Source: Octopus sinensis (taxonomy: Eukaryota). From it: a DNA stretch of 64,000 bases. Positions 1 through 13,057 of the stretch are shown one piece after another (positions within the stretch are counted from its first letter, which is position 1; each line of letters starts with the position of its first letter). Location: the NCBI RefSeq assembly GCF_006345805.1, contig NC_043011.1, positions 25,928,464 through 25,992,463 on the forward strand, read 5' to 3'. Both the position numbers and the translations under genes were made by a program. Under the pieces are notes generated by a model. That model saw only the letters and a list, made by a program, of their open reading frames with translations. It was not told the origin of the DNA and did not search any database.

Positions 1-415
1 AGAGAGAGAGAGAGAGAGAGAGTGAAAGCGCTGTTGAAGGCGGAGAGGGGTAGATACAGAACGCCGTTTGAGGACGTTATAAAGAGAAAGTGAAGGGGAG
101 TTAGACGCTGTTAGACGACGTTACATATAGAAAGTGATGGGAAGGAGGAAAGAGAGTGAGTGACGGAGGAAGACAGATACATAAAAGAATGAGAGTCGAC
201 TTGTCAAAGTGCGTTTTTGGCCCTAGCAACGACACCTTTTAAGATGGGGGTTTCTAACCTAGCCCACTCGCATCCTCACCTCATTTTACATGTCCCTGTA
301 AATTTTGGAGCTAATCCAACGGGATCTAGTGGCCTTTAACCCATTCTCAATGCCAAAACCAGACAGACAAACAAACAAACAAACAAACTTTTCGCATTTC
401 AGATTTATAATATAT
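1..415 (-). mobile_element. Non-autonomous Helitron-like element, 5' part
   Basis: Minus strand tataaatctgaaatgcgaaaagtttgtttgtttg...ttggattagctccaaaattt resembles Helitron 5' ends; a diverged second copy lies at ~22960-23110 on +. Confidence 0.5.
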
Positions 416-429
416 ATATATTATATTAT

Positions 430-491
<62 letters not shown>

Positions 492-1019
492 GTATGTATG
501 TATGTATAATGTATGATACTTACTGTGCCAATTCTTTATAATCATCGGTGCCAAAACATGGTAACGTTATTTCATCATAATCAGGTTTTGGTCGAAGATA
601 ACCAGAATCTTTATGCTGTCAACAGAAAGAACAAACAGGTCTATGAAATAATTTCTTTAGGTTGAAGCAGAGGCAAAACACATTATCATATATATATGTC
701 TTGTAAGCATAAGACACATAAGTTTTATAAGTCACCAAACTATAGAACAGGGTGATATTTTTACAGAGACTGTCTAATTGGAGCAAATACTTGAAATAAA
801 GAATCGAACCTTAGCTCAGTAGAAGTTTGCAGGCCATGGCCATCCAACTATTGGTTTCTACCCAACCGAAAATAATAAGTCTTTCTTTCTATAATAGGCA
901 AAAGGCCTTCCTATCAAGAAGTGTGGCAGAGAAGACAGCAAAGCTAACCTTCTAGAGGTTCTTGAGATATCTTGTGCACAGACAAACAAACAAACATGAG
1001 TGAAAACAACACCACTGCC

Positions 1020-1264
1020 TTAGTATAGTAGGTGCATTAGGTATGATAAAAAAACATTCAGCCAAATACATAACTAAAGCACCAGGACTTACAAATATAT
1101 ATAACATAGAGAAAATAGTACTACTAGGCACCACACACATCCTATGTAAACCACTTTCAATACAGTGGAAATAAGAACACCACAACAAACCACAGCACAA
1201 ACCCAAGGCACACAGAGCTGTGCTCAGTAGTGCAGTGAAAGCCCGTGATAAAATAAGACTACTA

Positions 1265-1300
<36 letters not shown>
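1020..1300 (+). mobile_element. R4/Dong-clade LINE 3' end with (TAA)n tail
   Basis: Translates IVGALGMIKKHSAKYITKAPGLTNIYNIEKIVLLGTTHIL, homologous to the C-terminus at 7250-7390; ends in a TAA tract. Confidence 0.75.
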
Positions 1301-1317
1301 TATTATTATTATTATTA

Positions 1318-1348
<31 letters not shown>

Positions 1349-1349
1349 A

Positions 1350-1822
1350 TGCGCTGATGCAGTACCAGGCAGTGGCTTTCATAGTTTCTTATCTTAACTG
1401 ATTGGAAGTGTTATCATGTACTTTGTTTTGTCTTGGTATAAAAGATGGGCTACAGCAAATATTCTGCTCAATACCACAGACAGTGGGGGAGCATCATAGC
1501 CATGTGTTGAGAGGAATTCTTTGGGGTTTGGATAATTCACCTCTGGAGACATGGGTGTTTTGTTCAACATCATCAAACAACCCTTATTCAGGGACCTTTT
1601 GAGCAGGATGGGCTACTTGACCTGAAGAAACTTCTAACTGGGCCGCCACCTGCAAGGTCATGCACTGTTTATCATGATATGAGATCATTGTGTCATGCAC
1701 ATATGGTTGTAATGCATGTGCCTGATGTACTGTTATCAGATGGGTAGTCATGATAGGTATACTGAGCTTCATATATTTTATCCCAGTGTCACTTTAATGG
1801 CATGCTCTGCTCTCTCACTCAA
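1350..1822. repeat. Unclassified interspersed repeat between (TAA/TAAA)n tracts
   Basis: Complex-sequence block bounded by microsatellites on both sides, with no intact ORF. Confidence 0.35.
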
Positions 1823-1834
1823 TAATAATAATAT

Positions 1835-1859
<25 letters not shown>

Positions 1860-1865
<6 letters not shown>

Positions 1866-3395
1866 TTCAAAATTTAGCAAAATGCCAGCAATTTCAGAGG
1901 AGTGGGCAAGTTGATTATATCAACACCAGTGCTCAACAGGTACTTATTTTATCGAGCCCCAAAAGGATGAAAGGCAAAGTCAACCTTGGTGGAGTTTAAA
2001 CTCAGAACGTAAAGACAGATGAAATGCCACTTGACATTTTGGCTAATGGGCTGATTCTGCCAGCTTAGGATGATAATATTAGTTTCAAATTTTGGTACAA
2101 GGCCAGCAAACCCAGGGGAGTGGGTTAAGTCAATTACATTGACTCCAGTGCTCAACTGGTACTCGTTTTATCAACTCTGAAAGGATGAAAGGCAAAGCTG
2201 ACCCCAGTAGAATTTGAACTGAAAATATCAAATGCTGAAGAAATTCTTCTAAGCATTTCGTCTGACACACTAATGGTTCTGGTAGTTAACTAACTTAATA
2301 ATTCTTTCTGCTATAGGCACAAGGCCTGAAATTTAGGGAAGGTGGATAGTCGATTACATTGACCCCAGCACTCTCCTGGCACTTATTCCATCGACCCCGA
2401 AATGATGAAAGGCATAGTTGACCTCGGCAGAATTTGAACTCGGAATGTAAGGATTGGGCATTTTGTCCAGCGTGCTAACAATTCTGCCAGTTTATCACCT
2501 TCAACTACCTTAATAACCCTTTCTATTATAGGCACAAGGCCTGAAATTTGAGGGAGGGGTATAGTTGATTACATCGACCCCAGTACTCAACTGGTACTTA
2601 ATTTATCGACCCCAAAAGGATGGAAGGTAAAGTCAACCGCAGCACAATTTTAACTCAGAATGTAGCAGCAAGCGAAATACCACTAAGCATTTCGTCCAGT
2701 GTGCTAATAATTCTGCTAGTTCACTACCTTCAACTGCCTTAATAATAATAACCTTGATAATAACTAATTTCAACACAAAGCCAGCAGTTTTGAGGAAATG
2801 ATGTAATGCAATTATGCTGACCCCAGCACCTGACTGGTACTTGTTTTATTAACCCTAGAAGAATGAAAGGGAGAGTTTACTGTGGTGGAATATGAACTCA
2901 GAATATAAAGACCCAGAAGAAACTGCATGGCCAGGCGGCGAGCTGACAGAAACATTAGCACCCGGGTGATATGCTTAGTGGTATTCCGTCTGCCGCTACG
3001 TTCTGAGTTCAAATTCCACCGAGGTCGACTTTACCTTTCATCTTTTCGGGGTCGATTAAATAATACCAGTTACGCACTGGGTTCAATATAATCGACTTAA
3101 TCCGTTTGTCTGTCCTTGTTTGTCCCCTCTGTGTGTAGCCCCTTGTGGGCAGTAAAGAAATAAGAAACTGCATGGCCTTTTTTCAACACTCTAATAATCC
3201 TACCAAACCTGAAATTTGTGGGGAGGATGTCAGTCAGTTATATCAAACCCAGTGCTCAACTGGTACTTATTTCACCAACACCTGAAAGGACGAAAGCAAA
3301 GTTGACCTTGGCGGAATTTGAACTCAGAGCTTAAATACAAATGAAATGCCCCTAAGCATTTTGTTCAGTACACTAATGATTCTGCCAGCTTGCTG
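1860..3395 (-). mobile_element. Cluster of about 6 tRNA-derived SINEs (family B, tail B2), with a nested + strand B1 copy at 2934-3161
   Basis: Repeated core gagttcaaattccgccgaggtcgactttgcctttcatcctttcggggtcgat; the nested copy is flanked by the 16-bp TSD aagaaactgcatggcc (2917-2932, 3162-3177). Confidence 0.85.
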
Positions 3396-3433
3396 TCTTG
3401 GTGGCAATAATAATAATAATAGTAATAATAATA

Positions 3434-3464
<31 letters not shown>

Positions 3465-3539
3465 TAATGATGATGATGATGAGTAGGATGAGGGGGAGGA
3501 GGATACTAGAGAAAAATCATATGAAATTCAGATTAGAAG

Positions 3540-4868
3540 AAAAAATGCACCAAGGCAACCTCAGAGAGAGGAAAATAAATTATGATCTATAATATTATGC
3601 TAGATAAAGAAACTGAGATAAGCGAACTAGACCAAAAACAGTCATAAATATCCAGAAATCAATGAACTAGACAGTGTACAATGCATGCACACAAATGAAG
3701 AAAAAGATCAGGAAGAAATATTATAGATGCATTAGATTAATACTGCAAACAGAACTAAATGCAAAAAATAAGGTCATAGGCATCAATACTTTAGCTGTTC
3801 CAGTAACACATTGAAGTTATAATGTACTCATTTCAATGCTATACAAACTAACAAGACAAGATAGGAAAATAAGGAAAATAATGGCTGTATATAGAATACA
3901 CCACCCAAAATCTGATATAGAAAGATTATATTTATGACAAATACAAGTAGAAACCATTATAAAGTATCTACTAGAAAACTACAAAGATATTTGGTAAAGT
4001 TAATGTAAATACCCATGAAACACTAACAAATCAAAAAATGCTTTCTATCCTCAAAGAAGCAAACAAAAATAAATCGAAGCTGAAATGGGAAAGAGTTATA
4101 AAGAGAAAAGAGGAAATAAGGAAAACTGAGAAAGGACTAAAATCTGAAATAAAACTGGTGTTGAAGGTCAAGATAGAGTATTGACAAGAAAGGCCACCTG
4201 CGCCCATGCATAATACCTGGAAAATGGTGGAAGTAGACAAGGAAAATTGACAACTGAAATGTATGAAACTCAAAGTAGTGCAGAACTGAAAGAAGCAAAG
4301 AGGCACCACAGAATTCAAAGAAGCAAAGAGGAACCACAGAATTCAAAGAAGCAAAGCGGCATTACAGAATTCAAAGAAATAAAGAGGAACAACAGAATTC
4401 AAAGAAGCAAGGAGAAACCACAGAATTCAAAGAAGCAAAGCGGCACTACAGAATTCAAAGAAATAAAGAGGAACAACAGAACTCAAAGAAGCAAAGAGGC
4501 ACTGCAGAACTCAAAGAATTAGATAAAGAGGAACCACAGAACTCAAAGAAATATAGAGAAACCACAGAATTCCAAGAAGCAAAGAGGCACCACAGAATTC
4601 AAAGAAGCAAAGAGGAACCACAGAACTCAAATAAATATAGAGAAACCACAGAACTCAAAGAAGCAAAGACACACCACAAAAGTGAAAGAAGCAAAGAGAA
4701 ACCACAGAATCCAACAAAGCAAAGAGGAACCACAGAAGCCTAAGAAGCAAAGAGGCACTGCAGAACTCAAAGATGTATGACAGAACTCAAAGATCTATGA
4801 TTGCAACATAGGATTAAAACTTACCCATGAAAAACTACCAAAAACATATAATGAAGCAGAATAGATTA
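3540..4868 (+). mobile_element. Decayed R4/Dong LINE ORF fragment (post-RT region) containing a minisatellite
   Basis: RLILQTELNAKNKVIGINTLAVPV and RIHHPKSDIERLY motifs with stops and frameshifts. Confidence 0.75.
4281..4800 (+). repeat. 28-bp minisatellite (cagaattcaaagaagcaaagaggaacca), about 17 units plus two 20-bp terminal units
   Basis: Units read directly from the sequence. Confidence 0.95.
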
Positions 4869-5699
4869 TCTATTTGCATGTCTTTGTGTTTGTGTTTGTT
4901 GTTGGTTTGTTTACATCCCCATAACTTAGCAGTTTTGGCAAAACAGACTGATAGAATAAATAACCAAACTTAAAAATAAGTGCTGGGAGAAGAAAGGAGG
5001 GAAAAAAAGCTCCTTCTACAATGAAGTATTTGGGAGTGCATATATATATATTTATATATATATAAACACATACATGCATATTGATATGTATATGTATAGA
5101 AATATATATATATACATATATATAGGTATTTATGTATGTATATATGTATATATACATACATATATAAATATATATATATATACACACATACATCCATGTA
5201 TATATACATACATACATAAATACATATATATGTATGTATATATGTATATATACATACATACATAAATACATATATATATATACACACATACATCCATGTA
5301 TATATACATACATACATAAATACATATATATGTATGTATATATCTGTGTGTGTGTCTGTGTGTGTGTGTGTGCGTGTGTGTGTGTATATATATATATATA
5401 TAAAGGCTTATGACGACAGTGATTTCTTCAGTCTCCAATAGTCCAAAAGTAGAACTTCATCAGGATGATGAAATGATAGTTGTTAGCAGAAAATATAACA
5501 AAAACCAAAACTAATGGTAGCGAAGAGTATTTGAATTTGTGGGGGTGAAAAAATGGTAACTAATTTGCTGTGGTAAAGATTTTGGAAGTATTAATATCAA
5601 TGGGAGGGATTTTTCCTGAGTGTTAGCTACCATGTACCCATTTATGTTTAAGTTTAGTTGGGGTTTTTTTGTTCTTTTTAACTATTTCTGATATTATGA

Positions 5700-6420
5700 T
5701 AGCATTAAGTTTACTAACAACCAATAGTAAGGGATGGGTATATGATGAAATGCAAGCAGCATAAAAATCAATCATCTATTTATGGATTGCTGGAGGCTGT
5801 TTGCAAAGAATGGAGATCAAATAGACTCCTTAGTGCAAACAGTGTACTGGTTTTAATGATGGTACTGAGATGGAATCTGGGATTAAAAGTGTGGAGTCTC
5901 GATAATGAATGGAGGGGAAAATAATGGAAAGTGATAGGATACAATTACTTGATAATGAAGTCATGAAGCAGAGGTTTAAGGCTGAGAAGAAGGTTATAAA
6001 TACTTAGGTATTATAGAGTTAGATAAGATAAGGAAAATTATAAGAAAGGAAGCATTTATAAAGAAATACTTCAGAAGATCTGAAATTGCTACTTTGAACT
6101 AAGCGAAATGATAAAAATAAGACTTTGGCAATGGTTAGTTAGAGGTATAGAGGGTGTTATCTTAAAGTGATGTAACTTGAAAAAGAATGAGCATATTGGA
6201 GCATTATTCCCCAAAAGTGATGCTAGATGTTATTAGTCTATACACACTCTTCAAGAAAGAAGGGAAAAGAATTAATTGGTGGTAAAGAATGTACACTAAA
6301 TGACAAAAATAATGTAACTTGGTACATAACAAAGAAAAAAGTACAGAAATGCCTTTGTAATAAATAATATTGTAGACAATGTTAGAGATGTGTGTAGATG
6401 TTAAAAGCCAAAGTTAAGGG
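5700..6420 (+). mobile_element. Decayed R4/Dong reverse transcriptase fragment
   Basis: INHLFMD..LFAKNGDQIDSLVQTV and GYKYLGIIELD, matching late RT motifs of the R4 clade. Confidence 0.7.
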
Positions 6421-6591
6421 CTCTAATTTGCTTGTGGAAGTCCCCACTCTGTAAGGTGGTTGGCGTTAGGAAGGGCGTCCAGCTGTAAAAACCCTGTCAA
6501 AGCAGACAGTGGAGCTTGGTGCAGTCTTCTGCCCAGCCAGCCCCTGTCAAATTGGCAAACCCATTCCAGCATGGAAAACAGACGTTAAATT

Positions 6592-6623
<32 letters not shown>

Positions 6624-6724
6624 GAAGTCAGAATCTTCTATGTTATATCTTGTAAACAAGAAAAGAAATAAAATCTAAAATAATAATAATAATAATGACG
6701 ATGACGATGATGATGATGATGATT

Positions 6725-7647
6725 TCTTTTGCTACAAAGGCATCAGATGAGCGGGCCATCACAAGGACAGTTTACAATATGTGTGTGGGTTTACATAAAA
6801 GGTATTTGGATTTGTCCTACATGTGACAACAGCTGTTCAACATAATCCATAAGTTGGCAATGCTCAGAGACTGCACAATCTCTGGGTATAAGGTTTTAGC
6901 ACCTATAAAATACAAATCTAGATATGACAGAGTTGACCAATATCTACATTTGATAATGTGTTGGCATTATAAAATCGAAACTGCTGACAAATGGTACAAG
7001 CACCACCCTGAGGCTGTAACTGAGGGAGAAAATGTAATGATTCTTTGGGACTTTCCAGTATGTACAGACTGGACCATCAAAGCAAATAAACCAGATATTG
7101 TTGTGAAAGATCAAAACAATTAAGTATGTTTATTAATTGATATGAGCATACACTGTGACCATAATATCTCAGCAGAAGAATTTGATGAGTTCAGAAAATA
7201 TAAAGATTTGCTAATCGAAATTGAAAAGATGTGGCATCTCAAGATGGTTACAATACCAGTGATTGTAGGAGCACTTGGAATGATAAAAAAAGGGACTGAA
7301 AATTATTTGAGAATAATCCCTGGCTTACTATCCATGCAGGAAGTGCAAAAGATTGCTTAACTGGTATGTCACACGTACTGAGAAGTGAATTGTTGCTGTG
7401 AATTTCTTTCCTTTTTTACCCTTTATTTTCTTTGTTTACTTTTTATTTTTTATTCTTCCATTTTTCTCTCTGCCTTTCGTCCCCTTTTTCTCTACCACAT
7501 GACTTTGTAAATAAACAATCTGGTGGGTTTATTTTAATGTCCTATACAATGCGTTTCTCTGCTCTAGGTGTCAGGAAGACACTTGGCAAGAGATGGAAGC
7601 AGAATTGAAAGATGATAATGGGAATAATAATAATAATAATAATAATG

Positions 7648-7686
<39 letters not shown>

Positions 7687-7690
7687 TAAT
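6725..7690 (+). mobile_element. R4/Dong LINE 3' part: restriction-like endonuclease domain, 3' UTR hairpin, (TAA)n tail
   Basis: ILWDFPVCTD...ANKPDIVVKD...LIDMSI...KYKDLLIEIEKMW...IPVIVGALG (PD-D/ExK type); UTR stem ctaggtgtc/gacacttgg. Confidence 0.88.
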
Positions 7691-8680
7691 AAAGATTTCA
7701 TTTATTTTCCACCATGAGGGGGACAATACAAAGAGAAACATAAAGTGTTGGGGTTTACATATAATGAAATGGTAGAGAAAAAAAGTAAGTATACACAGTA
7801 TGCAATGGACAGAAAGGGACATATACATAGTGTACAAAGGTTATAAAAAAAACAAAAGAATGTGGGGAGGATGATAGAAATGTAGCCCTCCTGATACGGG
7901 ATGACCTCTAGGGATAATCGAGGAACCCTACTGTTCGAGATTTCCCTGAATACCAAGAGCAAATGTTCTCTCCGATTTCTTCTCTCCAACTCACAGGACT
8001 GCACTTAGAGAGGTACCATCCACTCTTGCCATTTTCACAACTTTCACCCACCTTTCACTAAACTCATTCAAGGACAGCACTTTTAACTCCACTCTCAATT
8101 TCCTTTTCAAGTGAAACTTGAAGAAGTCAATGAGAGCTTCACCAAAGAAGAATGTATCTGTCCTCATGCCTTTCAGCCTTGTCCACCAAACAACCTCTTT
8201 CACCACAGCCACCAGGCAAAGGAAAACAGCCTTGCCTGTCCAATTGAAGGAGGGCTGCAGGGCAATCATCGCTACAAATTCAGCTGATAGACAGATCCAT
8301 CCCACACGTGACAGCAGCTGTTTGACATAACCCCACAAGTTAGCAATGTCCTGACACTGAATGAGTACATGCGGAACATTTTCGTCACTCTGTGCACACC
8401 TCAGACAAGCCTGTCTGACAGCACATCCGTGCCTGTAGAGTTTATCTCAAACCAGTAGTGCCCCCTGGTAGCACTGCCTGGCCAAGGACATCTGGAAATT
8501 ATCCATGATAATTCCTGACCGGTAAGTCCTCTGGAACAGACTAGCCAGTTTGTTTTCATTGGCACCCAGAGTCTCCATGAAAATGTCATTGCATTTTCCT
8601 GCCACTAATCCTCTATAAATTCTTAGAGTAGAACATCCACTGATCCCATTGCCTGACTGGTAGAGGGCTGTGAGCACCTA
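7690..8680 (-). mobile_element. 5'-truncated L1/Tx1-type LINE (zf-RVT and C-terminus)
   Basis: GCAQSDENVPHVLIQC..IANLWGYV...KEVVWWTR...FSERW; pyrimidine-rich 3' UTR with aataaa running into (TTA)n. Confidence 0.75.
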
Positions 8681-8740
8681 ATGATAATAATAAAAATTAA
8701 AATAATGATGATGATAATAATAATATTAATAATAATAATG

Positions 8741-8789
<49 letters not shown>

Positions 8790-8814
8790 TGATGATGATG
8801 ATGATGAAACTTAC

Positions 8815-8974
8815 TGATTTCTGAAAGTCTTCTCTGAATTCTTTAATTGTCTCTGGCCAGAAAATTGGATGTAAAAAATTATTGGATGCATTGAATGATA
8901 GCAGATCCAGTTGCAACAGTCCAGAGGGTAGCGTGGCAAGCTTGTTACCTTCAACGCTTAACTCTTCAAGAGAC
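8815..8974 (-). CDS. LRRC63: LRRC63-like exon e (SLEELSVEGNKLATLPSGLLQLDLLSFNASNNFLHPIFWPETIKEFREDFQKS), 160 nt, phase 2 to 0
   Basis: aatttcatttcag|GTCT...AAATCA|gtaagt; AG+G=Arg joins exon d. LRR plus an NNFxHPxFW motif recalled from LRRC63. The gene probably continues beyond the left edge. Confidence 0.88.
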
Positions 8975-10494
8975 CTGAAATGAAATTTGCAATAAGCGTC
9001 TTTTTACATCAAGCCTCATCTCCGCAACATCATTCAGATCAATATTTTTCAACTGTCTTTTGTCCCACACTCCAGTTTGATTTTCCAAAAATACATGCAC
9101 CCCAGTTTGAATGTATAGAGCTAATATATCATCATCATCATCACCATCACCATCATCATCATCATCATCATCATCATCACCATCATCATCATCATCTTTC
9201 AACATCTGTCTTCCACACTGGCATGGGTTGGGCAGCTTGACAGAATTAGATGGGTTTCTTTACACCCTTCAGCGTACATCACAAATTTTCTTCTCACACA
9301 GAAGGAAAAACTTCTTTGTACCAGTGTTATATAATAATTAATTTTTCTCCAGTTTTACTCTAATTCTTCTCACATTTCTCTTCCCTCTCTAAACTTTCAC
9401 CTTTTCTCTCCCTTTCATGACTTTCCAGTAGCTGTATAACTTTTAGAATAATAATTTTTTTTTTTTGTTCCTCTTTTTTCCATTACAAATGCTTCTCCTC
9501 CTACTTGTGCTCACATATCTACTGCTAGTAGTTCCTTACCAAACTATGGACATTCCTTCCTCTCTTGACTTTGAATCAGTTATAAAACCTTCCCAGACAT
9601 CTTATCAGTTTTATTGTTTTGTTTTTAAATTTCTTCTCTCAAAGAGATTAAAGAAATGTTTGTTATATAAGTGTTGTATTGCAATTAATTTTTCTCCAAT
9701 ATTTCTATTAATTTTCTTTCACTTCTCTCCTCTCCCCAAAGTTATACTTCTCTTTTCTTTACTTCTTTTGTTCTTTTTTCATTTGTCTTTTTTCTATTTC
9801 CCATTTATATTCTTTACAACCTCTCATACACTTCACTAATTTTTTTCTCTCACACAATAAAAGTTTTGTACCAGTGATGTAGTATAATTATTCTTTTGCT
9901 CCCCTGATTATGTTTTGTTCAGTGTCTCATACCCATAGCTTTGCACACACTTCAATCGCACACTCCACATTCTTCTTGTCTTCCCTTTAAATTTTACACC
10001 AATGCCCAGACCTATCTCAATGCTTTCCTTACACATACACAACATAACTACACACACACATTACACCCCTACTAACCCATGCCAGTATACTTCTACACTT
10101 ACACATCTCTACATACATACCCCCCACCCAAAAAAAAGACATTCACAGCACTCCCCCAATTAAGCCCATCTCAAAATATAGTTATATCACAATACTTGCA
10201 CACACAAACATCTATGCCCTCTCTTCCCTTCTTAACTCCCCACCCCCATAGAATCATATTCCCACCTGACTTCTAATCCTCTGCCCATTTCTTTTTCTTC
10301 TTCCTTTTAAACTACTTTCCCTCTCTCTCACTCCACCAAAGCTTTTCATCTGATGAAGAACTAATATCCAAAATTTTATGACTTTTTCCCTCTCTTCTTT
10401 TCAGCATTAAACTAATGCAATATTTGGTAAAAATTGTCCACCTTGTGTTGTCATTTTCCCTTCTGTTTTGTTCATTATTTTTCAAATATATATC

Positions 10495-12205
10495 ATCATC
10501 ATCATCATTTAACATCTGTTGTCCATGCTGACATGGGCAGAATGGTTTGATCGGGGCTGGCAACCTGGAAGGCTGCACCAGACACCAGTCTGATTTGGCA
10601 AGTTTTCTATAGCTGGATGCCCCTCCTAACACTAACTACTCCAAGAGTGTAATGGGTGCTTTTACATGCCACCTGCATGGGTGCCATTTGCGCGACTCCG
10701 GTATCTGCCACAGCTGTGATTTTGCTCGACTTGATGGGTCTTTTTCCCAAGCACATAATAATGCCAAAGTTCTCAGTCATTGCCTTTGTAAGGCCCAACT
10801 CTCGAGCCAAAGGTTTCAGTCATTGCCTCCGAAGCCCAACATTTGAAAGGAGCTCAGCTACTTTGCCTCCATGAGGCCCAACACTCAAGAGGTCTCAGTC
10901 ATTGCCTCTGTGAGGCCCATATCTGCCATGACTGCAATTTTGCTCAGTTTGATGGCTTTTCATCTCAAGCATGACATAATGCCAAAAGTTTCAGTCACTG
11001 CCTCCCAGAGGCCCAACACTCAAAAGGAACTCGGCCACTTCACCTCCATGAGGCCATGAGGTGCATCAAAGGTCTTGGTCATTGCCTCCATGAGGCCCAA
11101 TACTCAAAAGCAGTTCAGCCACTTTGCCTCCATGAGGCCCAATGCTCAAAAGGTGCTTTTTACATGTTACTGGCATGGGTGCCACCACCAGCACGGGTGC
11201 CAGTTATGTGACACCAGCATCAGCCACGACTGTGATTTCACTTGGCTTGACAGGTCTTCTAAAGCACAGCATACGGCCAAACATCTCGGTGACTAGTCAT
11301 TGCTTCTGTGAGGCCCAAAGTTTGAGGATTATGCTTTCCCACCTCGTCTCATGTCTTCCTGGGTCTACTTCCACCACAGGTTCCCTTCACAGTTAGAGAT
11401 CAGCACTTCTTTACACAGCTATCCTCATTCATATGTATCACATGACCATACCAGTGCAGTCGTCTCTCTTGCACACCCCATCTGATGCCTTTTATGCCCA
11501 ACTTTTCTCTCAAGATGCTTACACTCTGTCGAACATGCGCACTGACATTGCACATCCAGAGAAGCATGCTAGCTTCATTTCTTGAAGGGCTGGGAGTTTT
11601 CTTTCTCTTCATATCTTTAATTGCTTTATCTACCAAAGTACTGTCGATTTGGGTAGCTGGTACCTCAATTGGGTCAACATTTGGTAGACTCTCCTCCTCC
11701 CATTCATTCTCCACATTCAGCAGTCTTTCGTAATGACATTTCCAAGCCTCTTTCTTTGCAGAATCATTAAATGCAAGTGCACCATCATCCATGCGGACAC
11801 ATTTCTCTTCTATGATATCACAATTTTCTCTCACACACTGTCGTGAAATCCAAAACGCTTCAGTTCTTCGGTCCTTGTGTCGTTGAATATTGGTAAACTT
11901 CTTTTCTGCTTCTCCCTTGGTTAGATACACCTGTCTCCTAGCTTCCCTTCTGGTTATCTAATACAGTTCCCTGCTATTCCAACTCTTCCAGGCCTTCCAA
12001 GCCTGTTTTTTTACTCTAATGGACCTGCCTATAGCATTGTTCCCCACCCTAGGCCTGGAAGGGACTTTGCACCAGCCACAGATCTGATTTGTGGCACTCA
12101 GCAAGCTATCCCACAGGAATTCCCAATTGTCCTCTATGTCACACATCTGTAGCTCCTCCTCCCTCTCAATGAATTTCTCAGGATGTCCCTAAATCTCTGA
12201 CCACA
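10495..12205 (-). mobile_element. RTE-clade LINE with the RT domain deleted; 3' UTR with tandem gaggcccaa units and (TGA)n tail
   Basis: AWKCHYERLLNVENEW...KAIKDMK..KTPSPS fused to RNEASMLLWMC...ERRLHWYGHV. Confidence 0.85.
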
Positions 12206-12235
12206 TATATATATACATATACACACACACATATG

Positions 12236-12280
<45 letters not shown>

Positions 12281-12487
12281 GAAATTTACAGAAAAACAAA
12301 AGAGGAAGACAGGTGTATAAACAACAAACAGGTGTATTAGATTAGTGCTTGGGAAGGTGAGAAAGTATTTTACATTTCGAGCCTACGCTCTTCAATAGAA
12401 AGGAACATGAGAAAATAAACAGTAAGAGAACAAAAAACTTTTGGAGCTAGCAGTCAATCATGACGGCTGGCTGGACAAAGGTAGTTA

Positions 12488-12541
<54 letters not shown>

Positions 12542-12589
12542 CATACACGCACACACACACATACATACATACATATATTAAATATATAT

Positions 12590-12977
12590 TACTCTTTTAA
12601 TCTTTTATTTGTTTCAGTCATTTGACTGTGGCCATGCTGGAGCACCGCCTTTAGTCGAGCAACTCGACCCCGGGACTTATTCTTTTTGTAAGCCCAGTAC
12701 TTATTCCATCGGTCTCTTTTGCTGAACCGCTAAGTGATGGGGACGTAAACACACCAGCATCGGTTGTCAAGCAATGCTAGGGGGACAAACACACACACAC
12801 ATATATATATATATACATATATACGACAGGCTTCTTTCAGTTTCCGTCTACCAAATCCACTCACAAGGCATTGGTCGGCCCAGGGCTATAGCAGAAGACA
12901 CTTGCCCAAGATGCCACGCAGTGGGACTGAACCCGGAACCATGTGGTTGGTTAGCAAGTACTTCCCACACAGCCACT

Positions 12978-12980
<3 letters not shown>
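12590..12980 (-). mobile_element. tRNA-derived SINE, family A
   Basis: Head ggagtggctgtg...ggttccgggttcagtcccactgcgtggc, internal TA/TG tract, tail ggcggtgctccagcatggccacagtcaaatgactgaaac. Further copies near 16490-16850, 33700-34310, 38485-38895, 53715-54135, 54960-55465, 58881-59230 and 61970-62360. Confidence 0.85.

Positions 12981-13057
<77 letters not shown>

Noticed and set aside
4281-4800. CRISPR-like appearance of the 28-bp repeats
   Set aside because: Units are contiguous with no unique spacers, the context is eukaryotic, and there are no cas genes.
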